The notes beneath the pieces were generated by a model. That model saw only the letters and a program-made list of their open reading frames with translations. It was not told the DNA's origin and did not search any database. A stretch of 64,000 nucleotides of DNA, from NCBI GenBank assembly GCA_038250675.1, contig JBBSCB010000001.1, positions 20,877 through 84,876 on the forward strand. Reading direction: 5' to 3'. The DNA comes from Gemmatimonadales bacterium (lineage in GTDB: Bacteria; Gemmatimonadota; Gemmatimonadetes; Gemmatimonadales; GWC2-71-9). The position numbers and the translations under genes are program-made. Shown piece after piece: positions 18,164 through 27,387 of this stretch (the stretch's first letter is position 1; each line of letters opens with the position of its first letter).

Positions 18164-18442
18164 TCACTTGAGTCGCACCAGGTAGCCACCTTCGTTGAGG
18201 TCCTTGCTGTGCTCCGCGACCAGTGGCGCGAGCTCGTCGCGGAGGAGCCGGGCCACCAGCGGCCGCAGCACCGGTCGGCCGGCCGATCCGCGGCCCCGTC
18301 CGGTCACGATGTGCACCACGTCACCGGAACGCGCACCGGCCCGGCCCCGGAGCAGGCGTTCCACCGCGGACCGCGCCATGGCCGCGTCGCATCCGTGGAG
18401 ATCGAGAGTGGTGGCCACCGGCGCGTCGAAGAGGCCGGGCAC
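18164..18442 (-). CDS. minimal Smr-domain protein (putative nuclease)
   Basis: 92-aa ORF with a GTG start 4 nt after the upstream stop. Smr signature reads LDLHG...A...V..LL...VVHIVTGRGRGS...L...V...L...GGYLVRL. Confidence 0.8.
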   Translation of the reverse strand: MPGLFDAPVATTLDLHGCDAAMARSAVERLLRGRAGARSGDVVHIVTGRGRGSAGRPVLRPLVARLLRDELAPLVAEHSKDLNEGGYLVRLK

Positions 18443-18446
18443 CGGA

Positions 18447-19022
18447 TCAGTCGCGCCGGTCGGCGTAGAGCGCGACCCGCAGCCGGGCCCGGTCGCGCAC
18501 GCGCGGGTCCGGCCATGCCGCGGCGTACCGTCGGATCTCGGACGCCACCCATATCGGCAGCGCGCGCAGCGGGGTGCCCGCCAGCAGCGCCTCGTCGATC
18601 AGCCGGTCGGGCACCAGGTCGGCCAGGGCGAACAGATCGGCCCGGCGCTCTTCGAGCGTCCCGTAGTCGAGAATGCTCGACATGAACCGGACCTCACTCT
18701 CCTGCCCCACGTCGAGCTCGCCAGCGGCGAGGTGGGCCAGCCCGTGGCGGAGTGCCAGGCGACGGAACCCGGCCGCGATGCGGCGATTGACCACGATCGC
18801 CGGCGGCCCGAAGTAGCCGGGCACGCCGATCTCCTGCGTGTTGGCTCCCAGCTCCTCCTGCACGATCATCCCGCCCATCTGGCGAGCCAGAATGTCGAGC
18901 GTGATGTCGCTGATCGGGCTCCACGTGTCGTCGGCGTAGGCCAGGCCGGACCGCTCGCGCACGCGCGCCAGCAGCAGGCGGGTCGACACCAGGACCTGCC
19001 GGTCCTCAGCCGAATTCGCCAC
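18447..19022 (-). CDS. ImmA/IrrE (COG2856, M78)-like protein with degenerate zinc motif
   Basis: The pattern ...PAIVVNRRIAAGFRRLALRHGLAHLAAGEL matches the family block I.IN....R.RF.LAHELGH. However, HExxH reads HGLAH, with Glu replaced by Gly. It overlaps the XRE gene by 17 nt (GTG 19022). Confidence 0.65.
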   Translation of the reverse strand: MANSAEDRQVLVSTRLLLARVRERSGLAYADDTWSPISDITLDILARQMGGMIVQEELGANTQEIGVPGYFGPPAIVVNRRIAAGFRRLALRHGLAHLAAGELDVGQESEVRFMSSILDYGTLEERRADLFALADLVPDRLIDEALLAGTPLRALPIWVASEIRRYAAAWPDPRVRDRARLRVALYADRRD

Positions 19023-19476
19023 CGATCACCTCGTTGTGGATCCGCGTGAGCCAGGTCGGTACCGGCCGCCCGGCCAGCTCGGCCGACCGCATCGCGGCTC
19101 GGCAGACGGCGAGCTGGTTGATGCGATGCTCCTCGGCCGCGAACAGATCGGGATCACCCACCATCGCCCGGGTGGTGCGCTCGATGTTGCGGAGGAAGGC
19201 GATGAACTGCTGCTCGGCAAAGGTCGGGTCGCCAAAGAGCCAGCCGTCCGGCGGGCCAGCCGCACCCGGCGCACCGTTAGCCGCGGGCGCACCCGGAGCC
19301 GGCCGACCAGTGGCCTCCGCCAGTCGGCGCAGCGTCCACTCGTTGGCATCGGTCTTTTCATGCAGCAGGCGCCAGACAGTCTCACGCGCCACACCGGACC
19401 TGGCGGCGAGGGTGCTCTGATTGAGCCCGGCCTCGTCCATCGCGCGCCGGAGCCAGCGCGAGACCGACGAACGCAT
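19006..19476 (-). CDS. XRE-family HTH transcriptional regulator with C-terminal helical domain
   Basis: HTH_3 pattern WLRRAMDEAGLNQSTLAARSGVARETVWRLLHEKTD, then a Pro/Ala linker (GRPAPGAPAANGAPGAAGPPDG) and about 80 aa of C-terminal domain. Confidence 0.8.
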   Translation of the reverse strand: MRSSVSRWLRRAMDEAGLNQSTLAARSGVARETVWRLLHEKTDANEWTLRRLAEATGRPAPGAPAANGAPGAAGPPDGWLFGDPTFAEQQFIAFLRNIERTTRAMVGDPDLFAAEEHRINQLAVCRAAMRSAELAGRPVPTWLTRIHNEVIGGEFG

Positions 19477-19520
19477 ACTATTGGCAGTTAATGACTTGGT
19501 AGCAGTCACACTCCGGTTCC

Positions 19521-19587
19521 TTGACAGCGGTAGTGGCACGTGCCATACTATGTCGAACGCGTAATAACGGTAATGCCACATGCCACA
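19521..19587 (+). promoter_or_regulatory. sigma70-like promoter (TTGACA-N17-CATACT) overlapped by palindromic operator, plus tandem TGCCACA half-sites
   Basis: TTGACA lies at 19521-19526 and CATACT at 19544-19549. The perfect palindrome GGCACGTGCC at 19535-19544 extends to TAGTGGCAC/GTGCCAtACTA. TGCCACA occurs twice, at 19574-19587. The stretch is AT-richer: 23 of 50 bases are G/C at 19541-19590. Confidence 0.5.
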
Positions 19588-19605
19588 TCTGTCGAGGGCC
19601 TCATC

Positions 19606-19872
19606 ATGAGTTCGGTGCCGGCTGATACCGCCGCCTGGGCCGCGCTCGCTGTCTCGGTGCTCGGGGTGCTGCCGCGGATCATCGGCGTGCTCACCCGCTC
19701 GCGCTCGGCGGCCCGCCGCTCCGACCGCGCGCGCTTCGAGACGCTGTACGATACCCAGGACCGGCTGATCAGCCGGCTCGAGTCCCGCTGCGACGAGTTG
19801 GAGCGCCACCTCGGCCGGCTCGGCGCCGAGTCAGAACTGCGCCGTCAGACAGTTTCGAAGACGATCCGGTAA
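19606..19872 (+). CDS. small membrane-anchored coiled-coil protein
   Basis: ATG 19606 is preceded by GAGGG. The 88-aa product has high GC3, one TM helix (AAWAALAVSVLGVLPRIIGVL) and a charged heptad-like tail (RFETLYDTQDRLISRLESRCDELERHLGRL). Its 3' end overlaps the convergent methyltransferase gene by 28 nt. Confidence 0.5.
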   Translation: MSSVPADTAAWAALAVSVLGVLPRIIGVLTRSRSAARRSDRARFETLYDTQDRLISRLESRCDELERHLGRLGAESELRRQTVSKTIR

Positions 19873-20744
19873 TGGTCCATCAGGAGCCGCTCGAAGCAGA
19901 TCGAGTTGGGACTGATCCCCGAGGTGAACGCCTGGCGGAAGGCCCGGCTCGCGAGGTAGCGTGGCACCAGCGAGAGTTTGACACCAAGCTTGGCCACGCT
20001 GAACTCGCCAAAGCGACGACGCCATTGGCGGATCGTCTCCACATAGTCGAGCCGCCCGCTGCTGCTCGACATCACCCGGAAGTACGGCGCGGCGCACCGC
20101 ACCAGCTGCTCTTGGCCGTACGGCAGCCACGACCCGGGAAACTGCGCCTCCATCAGCGCCATGACATGCGCGTCCGACCCGAACGGCGCGTCGATGTCGA
20201 GGCGGGCGGGCGGCAGCGCATTGGGGCCGAAGACCATCGTCTGGAGATAGAAGCGGCCGCCGGCCGGCAGCAGGTCCCGCACCGAGCGGAAGAAATCCCC
20301 GTAGACCCGATCCTGCCGCCCCGCTACGTACTCCTGCTTGGAGCAGAAGTGCTCGAACGCGCCCAGACTCACCGCGGCGTCGAACGATCCGAAGTCATCC
20401 GGCGTGACCCGCCGCGCATCGTGCAGGTGCGCGTCGAGCCCGTTCCGGCGGCACGCCGCGGCCTGCCCGCGCGAGAGCGTCACGCCGGTACCGGCCGCGC
20501 CGATCTCGCGCGCATAATTGAGAAACGGCCCCCATCCGCAACCCAGGTCGATCACGCTCGTCCCCGGCCCGATACCGAGACTCTCGCCGATGAACTCATG
20601 CTTGCGGTGCTGGGCCTCCTCGAGCGTCAGCGAGAAGTCACCGTCATACTTGGCGCCGCTGAAGTCCGCCATCTCGCCCAGACTCAGGCGGAAGAGGCGA
20701 TCGATCTGCGTGTAGGTAAAATCCAGGTCTTCGGCTACCGCCAT
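19845..20744 (-). CDS. class I SAM-dependent methyltransferase, cyclopropane-fatty-acyl-phospholipid synthase (CMAS) family
   Basis: SAM motif VIDLGCGWGPF, then GVTLS...Q, SLGAFEHF and GGRFYLQTM, which is typical of the CMAS family. 299 aa. Confidence 0.8.
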   Translation of the reverse strand: MAVAEDLDFTYTQIDRLFRLSLGEMADFSGAKYDGDFSLTLEEAQHRKHEFIGESLGIGPGTSVIDLGCGWGPFLNYAREIGAAGTGVTLSRGQAAACRRNGLDAHLHDARRVTPDDFGSFDAAVSLGAFEHFCSKQEYVAGRQDRVYGDFFRSVRDLLPAGGRFYLQTMVFGPNALPPARLDIDAPFGSDAHVMALMEAQFPGSWLPYGQEQLVRCAAPYFRVMSSSSGRLDYVETIRQWRRRFGEFSVAKLGVKLSLVPRYLASRAFRQAFTSGISPNSICFERLLMDHYRIVFETV

Positions 20745-20785
20745 ACGCTCCTCACCAGTTCATGCATCGGGCCTGTCCCCGACGC

Positions 20786-21466
20786 TCAGCCGGACGCTGG
20801 CGGCCGGCACGCCAACCTGATCCCATGCAGCAGCACATCGCCGGTGACGCGGCACGCCGCGCCGCACTCGACGTCGTGCGGGTCCACCCCTTCGAAGATG
20901 TGCCGGCCCAGCGCCACGCCCATAATCATGTACGGGACCACCGCCACCACCGCCTCCGTCGCCTCCGGGCACAGCTCGCCGCAGGCCACCCGTCCCGCCA
21001 GCGCCTCCCGCAGCCGCGCGCGCGCGGGCAGCGACACCTGCTCGAAGAGCGCCTGTCGAAGCTCGGGAAACTTGGGCAGCTCCGCAATCACCAGGCGCGT
21101 CACCGCCATCTCACCCGGCTGCTGAAAATGCCGCCAGATCCCGCCGATGAACCGGGCCAGCAGATCCTCCCGCGGCGCGCCGGGTGATGCGGCCTCCAGC
21201 GTCATGGCGGCGATGCTGGTCAGCATCCGCTCCCGGATCAACTCGATGAATAGCGATTCCTTGGAATCGAAGTAGTGATACAGTGCGCCCTTGGTGACAC
21301 CCGCGCGCGTGGCCACGTCCTGCAGTGTGGCGGGACCGTATCCCAACTCGGTGAACACATCGATCGCCGCCTGCAGAAGCTCCTCCCGGCGCGCGTCCGG
21401 CGCCAGCCGCCGCCGGGGCCGCCCGCTCACACACCGCGCCTCACCGCGCACTGCCTTGTCCGTCAT
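20786..21466 (-). CDS. TetR/AcrR-family transcriptional regulator
   Basis: N-terminal HTH is LLQAAIDVFTELGYGPATLQDVATRAGVTKGALYHYFDSKESLF. The gene is divergent from the efflux operon. Confidence 0.9.
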   Translation of the reverse strand: MTDKAVRGEARCVSGRPRRRLAPDARREELLQAAIDVFTELGYGPATLQDVATRAGVTKGALYHYFDSKESLFIELIRERMLTSIAAMTLEAASPGAPREDLLARFIGGIWRHFQQPGEMAVTRLVIAELPKFPELRQALFEQVSLPARARLREALAGRVACGELCPEATEAVVAVVPYMIMGVALGRHIFEGVDPHDVECGAACRVTGDVLLHGIRLACRPPASG

Positions 21467-21492
21467 TTACCGCCCCGTTGCCAAATGTCAGG

Positions 21493-21521
21493 TTGACAAC
21501 ATACCCGTCGGTATGTAGCTA
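21493..21521 (+). promoter_or_regulatory. efflux-operon promoter (TTGACA-N17-TAGCTA) with embedded TetR-type palindrome
   Basis: TTGACA lies at 21493-21498. The perfect inverted repeat ACATACC-CGTC-GGTATGT at 21499-21516 fills the spacer. TAGCTA lies at 21516-21521. Confidence 0.5.
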
Positions 21522-21575
21522 TCCCGGCCTTCGGGTGCAAGAGGCACCCGGCCGAACCGCCGCACAGGGGGCCGT

Positions 21576-22700
21576 GTGAGTTTCTGGAATGCCCGTCCGA
21601 CACCACTGCAGGCCGCGCTCACCGCCACCAGTGCCGTCCTCCTGCTTGCCGGCTGCAAGAAGGCGGCGCCTCCGATGGCGCCGCCGCCGCCGGAAGTCGG
21701 CATCGTCACCGTGACGCCGTCGGACGTTCCCGAAACGTACGAATTCAGCGGCGAGGTCCAGCCGTACCGCCGGATCGAAGTGCGGGCGCGCATCGACGGC
21801 GTGATTCAGGCGCGATCGTTCACCGAGGGATCGGTGGTCAAGCCGGGCCAGGTACTCTACCGCATCGACCCGGTGCGATCGGGCGCGGCGTACCGGAGCG
21901 TCCAGGCGCGCTATGACAACGCTCGCCGCACGCTCGAGCGGCTGCAGCCGCTGCTCGCGCAGCATGCGGTGGCCCAGCAGGACGTGGACAACGCGCGGGC
22001 CGAGATGGAATCGGCATCGGCGGCTCTGGCAGAGGCAAAAAAGGACCTGGACGATACCGTGGTGCGCGCCGAGATCGAGGGTCGCGTGGGCCGCGCACTG
22101 CTGGACGTCGGCGCGCGGGTGACCGGTCCGGCCGACCTGCTCACGACGATCGATGTGATCGATCCCGTCTATGTGAGCTTCCGTCCGTCGGCGCAGCAGC
22201 TGCTGAGCTGGCGCCAGCGGCCCGACGCCGCCGCGCTGATCCAGCCGGGTAGTCCGCTAGCCGTTCGCGTCGCGCTGCCCGACGGCGGCGTCCTGCCCCG
22301 CACCGGCCACCTCGACTTCATCGCGCCGTCATCCGACCCCGCCACGGGCACACAGGAACTCCGCGCCAAATTCACCAACCACGATCACCTGCTCTCACCG
22401 GGGCAGTTCGTGAGAGTCAATCTCGGGGGCTTCGTGCGGCACGGCGCGTTTGCGGTGCCGCAGCGCGCGGTGCAGCAGTCGCTGGGCCGGCAGTTCGTCT
22501 ACGTCGTGGGAGCGGGTGACACGGTCGCGGTGCGCGATATCGAGCCCGGCCCGTGGAGCGGCACGCTCTGGATCATCGACAAGGGGCTCGAGTCCGGTGA
22601 TCGCGTGATCGTCGACGGCGCGCAGAAGGCGGGCCCGGGCCGTGTGGTCAAGCCGGTCGCGGCAGCACCCGACAGCGCCCAGGGGGATACGGCCAAGTGA
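21576..22700 (+). CDS. RND efflux periplasmic adaptor (membrane fusion protein), lipoprotein
   Basis: GTG start with lipobox LLLAGC|KK. MFP blocks include VRARIDGVI, PGQVLYRIDP, a coiled-coil region and RAEIEGRVG. Confidence 0.9.
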   Translation: MSFWNARPTPLQAALTATSAVLLLAGCKKAAPPMAPPPPEVGIVTVTPSDVPETYEFSGEVQPYRRIEVRARIDGVIQARSFTEGSVVKPGQVLYRIDPVRSGAAYRSVQARYDNARRTLERLQPLLAQHAVAQQDVDNARAEMESASAALAEAKKDLDDTVVRAEIEGRVGRALLDVGARVTGPADLLTTIDVIDPVYVSFRPSAQQLLSWRQRPDAAALIQPGSPLAVRVALPDGGVLPRTGHLDFIAPSSDPATGTQELRAKFTNHDHLLSPGQFVRVNLGGFVRHGAFAVPQRAVQQSLGRQFVYVVGAGDTVAVRDIEPGPWSGTLWIIDKGLESGDRVIVDGAQKAGPGRVVKPVAAAPDSAQGDTAK

Positions 22701-25700
22701 ATACGCCCGAGGTCAAGTACTTCTTCATCCGGCGACCGGTGCTCGCCGGCGTCATCTCGATCGTGGTGACGCTGCTGGGCATCTTCTCCATCGGCCTGCT
22801 GCCGGTGGCGCGCTATCCCCAGATCACGCCGCCGGCGGTGCAGGTGATCGCCGCCTATCCGGGTGCCACGGCCGAGGATGTCGCCGAGGCGGTGGCCGCG
22901 CCGATCGAACAGCAGCTCTCGGGTCTCCAGGGTCTGCTCTACTACTCGTCCGCCAATTCGAGCGACGGCGTGATGAGTCTGCAGGTGTTCTTCGACGTCT
23001 CGCGCGATCAGGATCTGGCGGCGGTGGATGTGCAGAACGCCGTCAAGCTGGCGGAACCGCAGCTCCCGGCCGCGGTCCGCCAGAACGGCGTGACGATCGT
23101 CAAGTCCAACTCCGACATCCTCAACGTCGTTGCGCTCTCGTCCGCCGACACGCGGTACGACGCGCAATATCTCACCAACTACATGAAGCTGTACGTCGAG
23201 GACGAGATCAAGCGGGTCCCCGGCGTCGGCAACGCCAATACTTTCGGCGCGCTCGAATTCTCGATGCTGCTCCAGCTCGACCCCGATCGGATGGCGCAGC
23301 TGGGCGTCACCGTGGGTGACGTGGCCGACGCGGTCCGCGAGCAGAACGCCACCAACCCGGCCGGCCGCCTGGGACGCGAGCCCGCGCCCAAAGGCACCGA
23401 GCTCACGCTGCCGGTGACCACGCTGGGCCGGCTGCAGACGGTGGGCCAGTTCAACGACGTCATCATCAAGGCCAACCCCAACGGCTCGATGATCCGTCTT
23501 CGCGACGTGGGCCAGGCCAAGCTGGGGGGCCGCAACTACGACCTGGTGGGCCGCCTGAACGGTCGCCCGACCGCGTTCATGCTGACCTACCTGCGGCCCG
23601 GCGCCAATGCGCTCGCGGTCCGGAAGGCGATCGAGGCCCGCATGAATGAGCTGGCCAAGGCGTTTCCGCCCGGCATCACCTACAAGATCCCGTTCGACAC
23701 GACGCCGTTCGTGACGGCGTCGATCAAGGAGGTGCTGCAGACGCTGGTCGAGGCGATGCTGCTGGTGACGCTGGTGGTCTTCATCTTTCTGCAGAGCTGG
23801 CGCGCCACGCTGATCCCCATGCTCGCCGTGCCGGTCAGCGTGGTCGGCACCTTCCTCGGGCTGCTCCTGCTGGGCTTCAGCATCAACGTGCTGACGCTGT
23901 TCGGTCTGGTACTGGCCATCGGCATCGTGGTGGACGACGCCATCGTCGTGATCGAGAATGTCGAACGGATCATGGAGACCGAGAAGGTCTCCGCCCGCGT
24001 CGCCGCCGACCGCGCCATTCGTCAGGTGGCCGGCGCGCTGATCGCCATCGTGCTGGTCCTCTGCGCCGTGTTCCTGCCGATCGCGTTCCTGGGCGGCGTC
24101 ACTGGCGTGATGTTCAAGCAGTTTGCCATCACCATCGTCATCGCCGTCGTGCTCTCCGGCATCGTGGCGCTCACGCTCACGCCCGCGCTCTGCGCCATTC
24201 TCCTCAAGGAATCCAACGCGGAGCACACCTCGGGAGTGTTCGGCGCGTTCAACCGCGGCTTTGGCCGGGTCACCCGCCGCTACACCGGCGCCGTGCACGG
24301 CGTGCTCGGCCGGCCGCGGACATGGCTGGCCGCATTCGCGGTGCTCATCGTCCTGACCGTCGTCCTCTGGCGGCGGGTGCCGTCGGCGTTCATCCCCACT
24401 GAGGACAAGGGCTACTTCGCCGTGGCGCTCCTGCTGCCGGACGCCTCCTCACTCCAGCGCACCGAGGCGGTCGTCAAGCAGGTGGAACAGATCCTCCGCG
24501 CGGAGCCGGCGGTGCAGAACATCGTGGCGCTCGCCGGGCTCGACATCCTGAGCCGGTCCAACCAGCCCAACGGCGCCACGATCTTCATCAACCTGAAGCC
24601 GTGGGACGAGCGCGGCCCCAACGAGTCCATCGACGCCATCACCGGCCGGGTCAACCGCAAGCTGTTTGCGCTGCGGGAGGCCAGCGGGTTTGCCTTCAAC
24701 CTGCCCGAGATTCCCGGCCTGGGCGCCACATCCGGCCTCGAGTTGAACCTTCAGGACCGGTCCGGCACCGACGTGCGCCAGTTTGGCCAGCAGGTGCAGG
24801 CGTTTCTCCAGGCGGCCAATCAGCTCCCCGCCGCCGCCGGGATCGCCAGCAACTTCCGCGCGACCGTGCCGCAGGTCTATGTCGACGTGGACCGGGCTGC
24901 GGCCAAGTCGCGCGGCGTTGACCTGAACGATCTGTTCGGCACACTGCAGGCACTGCTGTCCACCCTGTACATCAACGATTTCAACCTCTACGGCCGCACC
25001 TACCGGGTGCAGGCGGAGGCCGAAGCGCGCTTCCGGCAGACGCCGGAGGACATCGGCCGGCTCCACGTCCGCGGCGCCGACGGTGCCATGATCCCGGTCT
25101 CGTCGCTCACCCGGATCGAGTTCCGCACCGGCCCCACGCTGCTCTCGCGCTTCAACGGCTTCACGTCCGCCCTCGTCACCGGCGGCACCAAGCCGGGGCA
25201 CAGCTCCGGCGAGCTGCTGAATCAGGTCGAGGATCTGATCCGCACCCGGTTTGCATCTGAAGGGGTCGGCTTTGCCTACTCCGGCCAGTCGTATCAGGAG
25301 CGGATCTCCAGCGGGCAGGGCGGGATGGTCTTTGTCCTGGGGCTGGTCATCGTCTTCCTGGTGCTCGCCGCGCAGTACGAGAGCTGGACCATCCCGTTTG
25401 CCGTCCTGCTGGGTGTGCCGTTCGGCGTCCTCGGCGCATTCCTCGGCATCTGGCTGCGGGGACAGCCGAGCGACATCTACTTCCAGGTGGGGCTGATCAC
25501 GGTGGTGGGGCTCGCCGCCAAGAACGCGATCCTGATCGTGGAGTTTGCCAACGAGCTGCGGGAGCGCGGCATGTCGATCCGCGAGGCCGCCACCGAGGCG
25601 GCACGCGAACGATTCCGACCGATTCTCATGACGTCGTTTGCCTTCATCCTCGGCGTATCGCCGCTGATGATCGCCGGCGGTGCCGGTGCGGCGAGCCGTC

Positions 25701-25852
25701 ACTCGATCGGGACCGGCGTTTTTGCCGGCATGCTGATCGCCACGACCGTCGGCATCTTCTTCATTCCGCTCTTCTTCCGGGTGATCCGCGGGCTCGCGGA
25801 GCGGCGGGAAGCGCCGGCCGCGGCCGATCCGCCGGCGGAGGTGGCACCATGA
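22697..25852 (+). CDS. RND (HAE1, AcrB/MexB-like) efflux permease
   Basis: 1051 aa. N-terminus is KYFFIRRPVLAGVISIVVTLLG. The protein has a 12-TM architecture with two large periplasmic loops. The conserved block AIGIVVDDAIVVIENVER is present. The start overlaps the MFP stop (GTGA). Confidence 0.95.
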   Translation: MNTPEVKYFFIRRPVLAGVISIVVTLLGIFSIGLLPVARYPQITPPAVQVIAAYPGATAEDVAEAVAAPIEQQLSGLQGLLYYSSANSSDGVMSLQVFFDVSRDQDLAAVDVQNAVKLAEPQLPAAVRQNGVTIVKSNSDILNVVALSSADTRYDAQYLTNYMKLYVEDEIKRVPGVGNANTFGALEFSMLLQLDPDRMAQLGVTVGDVADAVREQNATNPAGRLGREPAPKGTELTLPVTTLGRLQTVGQFNDVIIKANPNGSMIRLRDVGQAKLGGRNYDLVGRLNGRPTAFMLTYLRPGANALAVRKAIEARMNELAKAFPPGITYKIPFDTTPFVTASIKEVLQTLVEAMLLVTLVVFIFLQSWRATLIPMLAVPVSVVGTFLGLLLLGFSINVLTLFGLVLAIGIVVDDAIVVIENVERIMETEKVSARVAADRAIRQVAGALIAIVLVLCAVFLPIAFLGGVTGVMFKQFAITIVIAVVLSGIVALTLTPALCAILLKESNAEHTSGVFGAFNRGFGRVTRRYTGAVHGVLGRPRTWLAAFAVLIVLTVVLWRRVPSAFIPTEDKGYFAVALLLPDASSLQRTEAVVKQVEQILRAEPAVQNIVALAGLDILSRSNQPNGATIFINLKPWDERGPNESIDAITGRVNRKLFALREASGFAFNLPEIPGLGATSGLELNLQDRSGTDVRQFGQQVQAFLQAANQLPAAAGIASNFRATVPQVYVDVDRAAAKSRGVDLNDLFGTLQALLSTLYINDFNLYGRTYRVQAEAEARFRQTPEDIGRLHVRGADGAMIPVSSLTRIEFRTGPTLLSRFNGFTSALVTGGTKPGHSSGELLNQVEDLIRTRFASEGVGFAYSGQSYQERISSGQGGMVFVLGLVIVFLVLAAQYESWTIPFAVLLGVPFGVLGAFLGIWLRGQPSDIYFQVGLITVVGLAAKNAILIVEFANELRERGMSIREAATEAARERFRPILMTSFAFILGVSPLMIAGGAGAASRHSIGTGVFAGMLIATTVGIFFIPLFFRVIRGLAERREAPAAADPPAEVAP

Positions 25853-27324
25853 GCCGGCGCACCCTCGCCACCCTGCTCTCCGTGGCGCTCGCCGGCTGCG
25901 CGGTGGGGCCGCGCTATGCGCCGGTGGCCACCCCGGCCGACTCCGCACGGATTGGCGCCGATGCGACCAGCGGCGCCACACGGGCGTTCTTCGACTCGCT
26001 GGCGCGCGCGCGGGCCAACGACTCCACCGCCGTCACCGGGCCACGGATTCCGCCGCCGCGGGATCTGGCCACCGATTCAATCGAAGCCGTCGCCTGGCGC
26101 GACATCGTGCGGGACACGACCCTGGTGCGGCTCGTGGAGACTGCGCTCCGGCAGAACCGCGACCTCGAGAGCGCCATTGCGCGCATCCGTGAGTTCCGGG
26201 CCGATGTGGGCATTGCGCGCGCACCGCTCTTTCCCGGTTTCACGGCCAACGCCGGCGCCAGCACCAACCAGATTGCCATCGGCTCCGCCCCGCCGGTCAG
26301 CTACGATGCGTTCCGTATCACCGGCGACGTGAGCTGGGAGCTCGACTTCTGGGGCCGCACCCGCCGCGGCATCGAAGCCGCGCGCGCCGATCTCGCCGGA
26401 CAGGATGCGGCGCAGCAGGCGGTGGTACTGACGCTGGTGAGCGATGTGGCGACCAGCTATCTCCAGCTTCTGGAGCTGGATCAGGAGCGCGCCATCGCCG
26501 AACGCACGCTGGCGTCGCGCCAGTCCACCCTGGGGCTCGCGCGCCAGCGATTCAATCAGGGCCTGATTTCGGAGCTCGACGTCCGTCAGTTTGAGGCGCA
26601 GGTGTCGGCGCCGGCCGCCACGCTGGCCCAGGTGGAGCGTGCGCGCGGCCAGGTGGAGCACCGGCTCAGCCAGCTCATCGGCGAGGCGCCACGCCACATC
26701 GAGCGCGGCGGCTCGCTGGTCGACGCCGTCACAGCCCTCGAGGTGCCGGACTCGGTGCCCGCCAGCCTGCTCGCGCGCCGCCCCGATGTTCGCCAGGCCG
26801 AGCGCGCCTTTGCCGCCGCCACCGCGCGCATCGGCGTCGCCGCCGCGGCCCGTCTGCCGGCCGTGATGATCACCGGCTACTACGGCACCCAGAGCAGCTC
26901 GGCCAGTAACCTGTTCTCCTCCCAGGGCGAGGTCTATCAGCTCTTGGGCGGAATCTCGGTGCCGATTTTCACCGGGGGTCGACTCATCAAGCAGGAACGC
27001 GCCGCGCGGGCCCGCGCCGATCAGGCGCGGGCCCAGTACCAGCAGACAGTGCTGAGCGCGCTCAGGGATGCGGGTGATGCACTGGTGGCGGTGCGGACGG
27101 CGCGGGACGAGGTGACGGCACAGGAGACGCAGGCCCAGGCGCTGCGTCGCGCCACCGAGCTGGCCGAGCTGCGCTATCGCACCGGCGTGGCGAGCTATGT
27201 GGAGGTGCTCGAGGCGCAGCGTGGACTGTTTACGGCCGAGTTGGCGCTCAGTCAGGCGCAGCTGGGGCAGCTCAGCGCATCGGTCCAGCTCTACAAGGCG
27301 CTGGGCGGCACCTGGAGCAAATGA
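25849..27324 (+). CDS. efflux outer-membrane factor lipoprotein (NodT/OprM family)
   Basis: Overlaps the upstream gene by ATGA. Lipobox is VALAGC|A. Two OEP repeats are present, with the typical ...LYKALGGGW-like C-terminus (LYKALGGTWSK). Confidence 0.9.
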   Translation: MSRRTLATLLSVALAGCAVGPRYAPVATPADSARIGADATSGATRAFFDSLARARANDSTAVTGPRIPPPRDLATDSIEAVAWRDIVRDTTLVRLVETALRQNRDLESAIARIREFRADVGIARAPLFPGFTANAGASTNQIAIGSAPPVSYDAFRITGDVSWELDFWGRTRRGIEAARADLAGQDAAQQAVVLTLVSDVATSYLQLLELDQERAIAERTLASRQSTLGLARQRFNQGLISELDVRQFEAQVSAPAATLAQVERARGQVEHRLSQLIGEAPRHIERGGSLVDAVTALEVPDSVPASLLARRPDVRQAERAFAAATARIGVAAAARLPAVMITGYYGTQSSSASNLFSSQGEVYQLLGGISVPIFTGGRLIKQERAARARADQARAQYQQTVLSALRDAGDALVAVRTARDEVTAQETQAQALRRATELAELRYRTGVASYVEVLEAQRGLFTAELALSQAQLGQLSASVQLYKALGGTWSK

Positions 27325-27387
27325 TCCCGCGGCAGGACGGACACCACCGGCCCGGGCGGGCCACCGGCGCCGCCCGACGCAGCCGCC

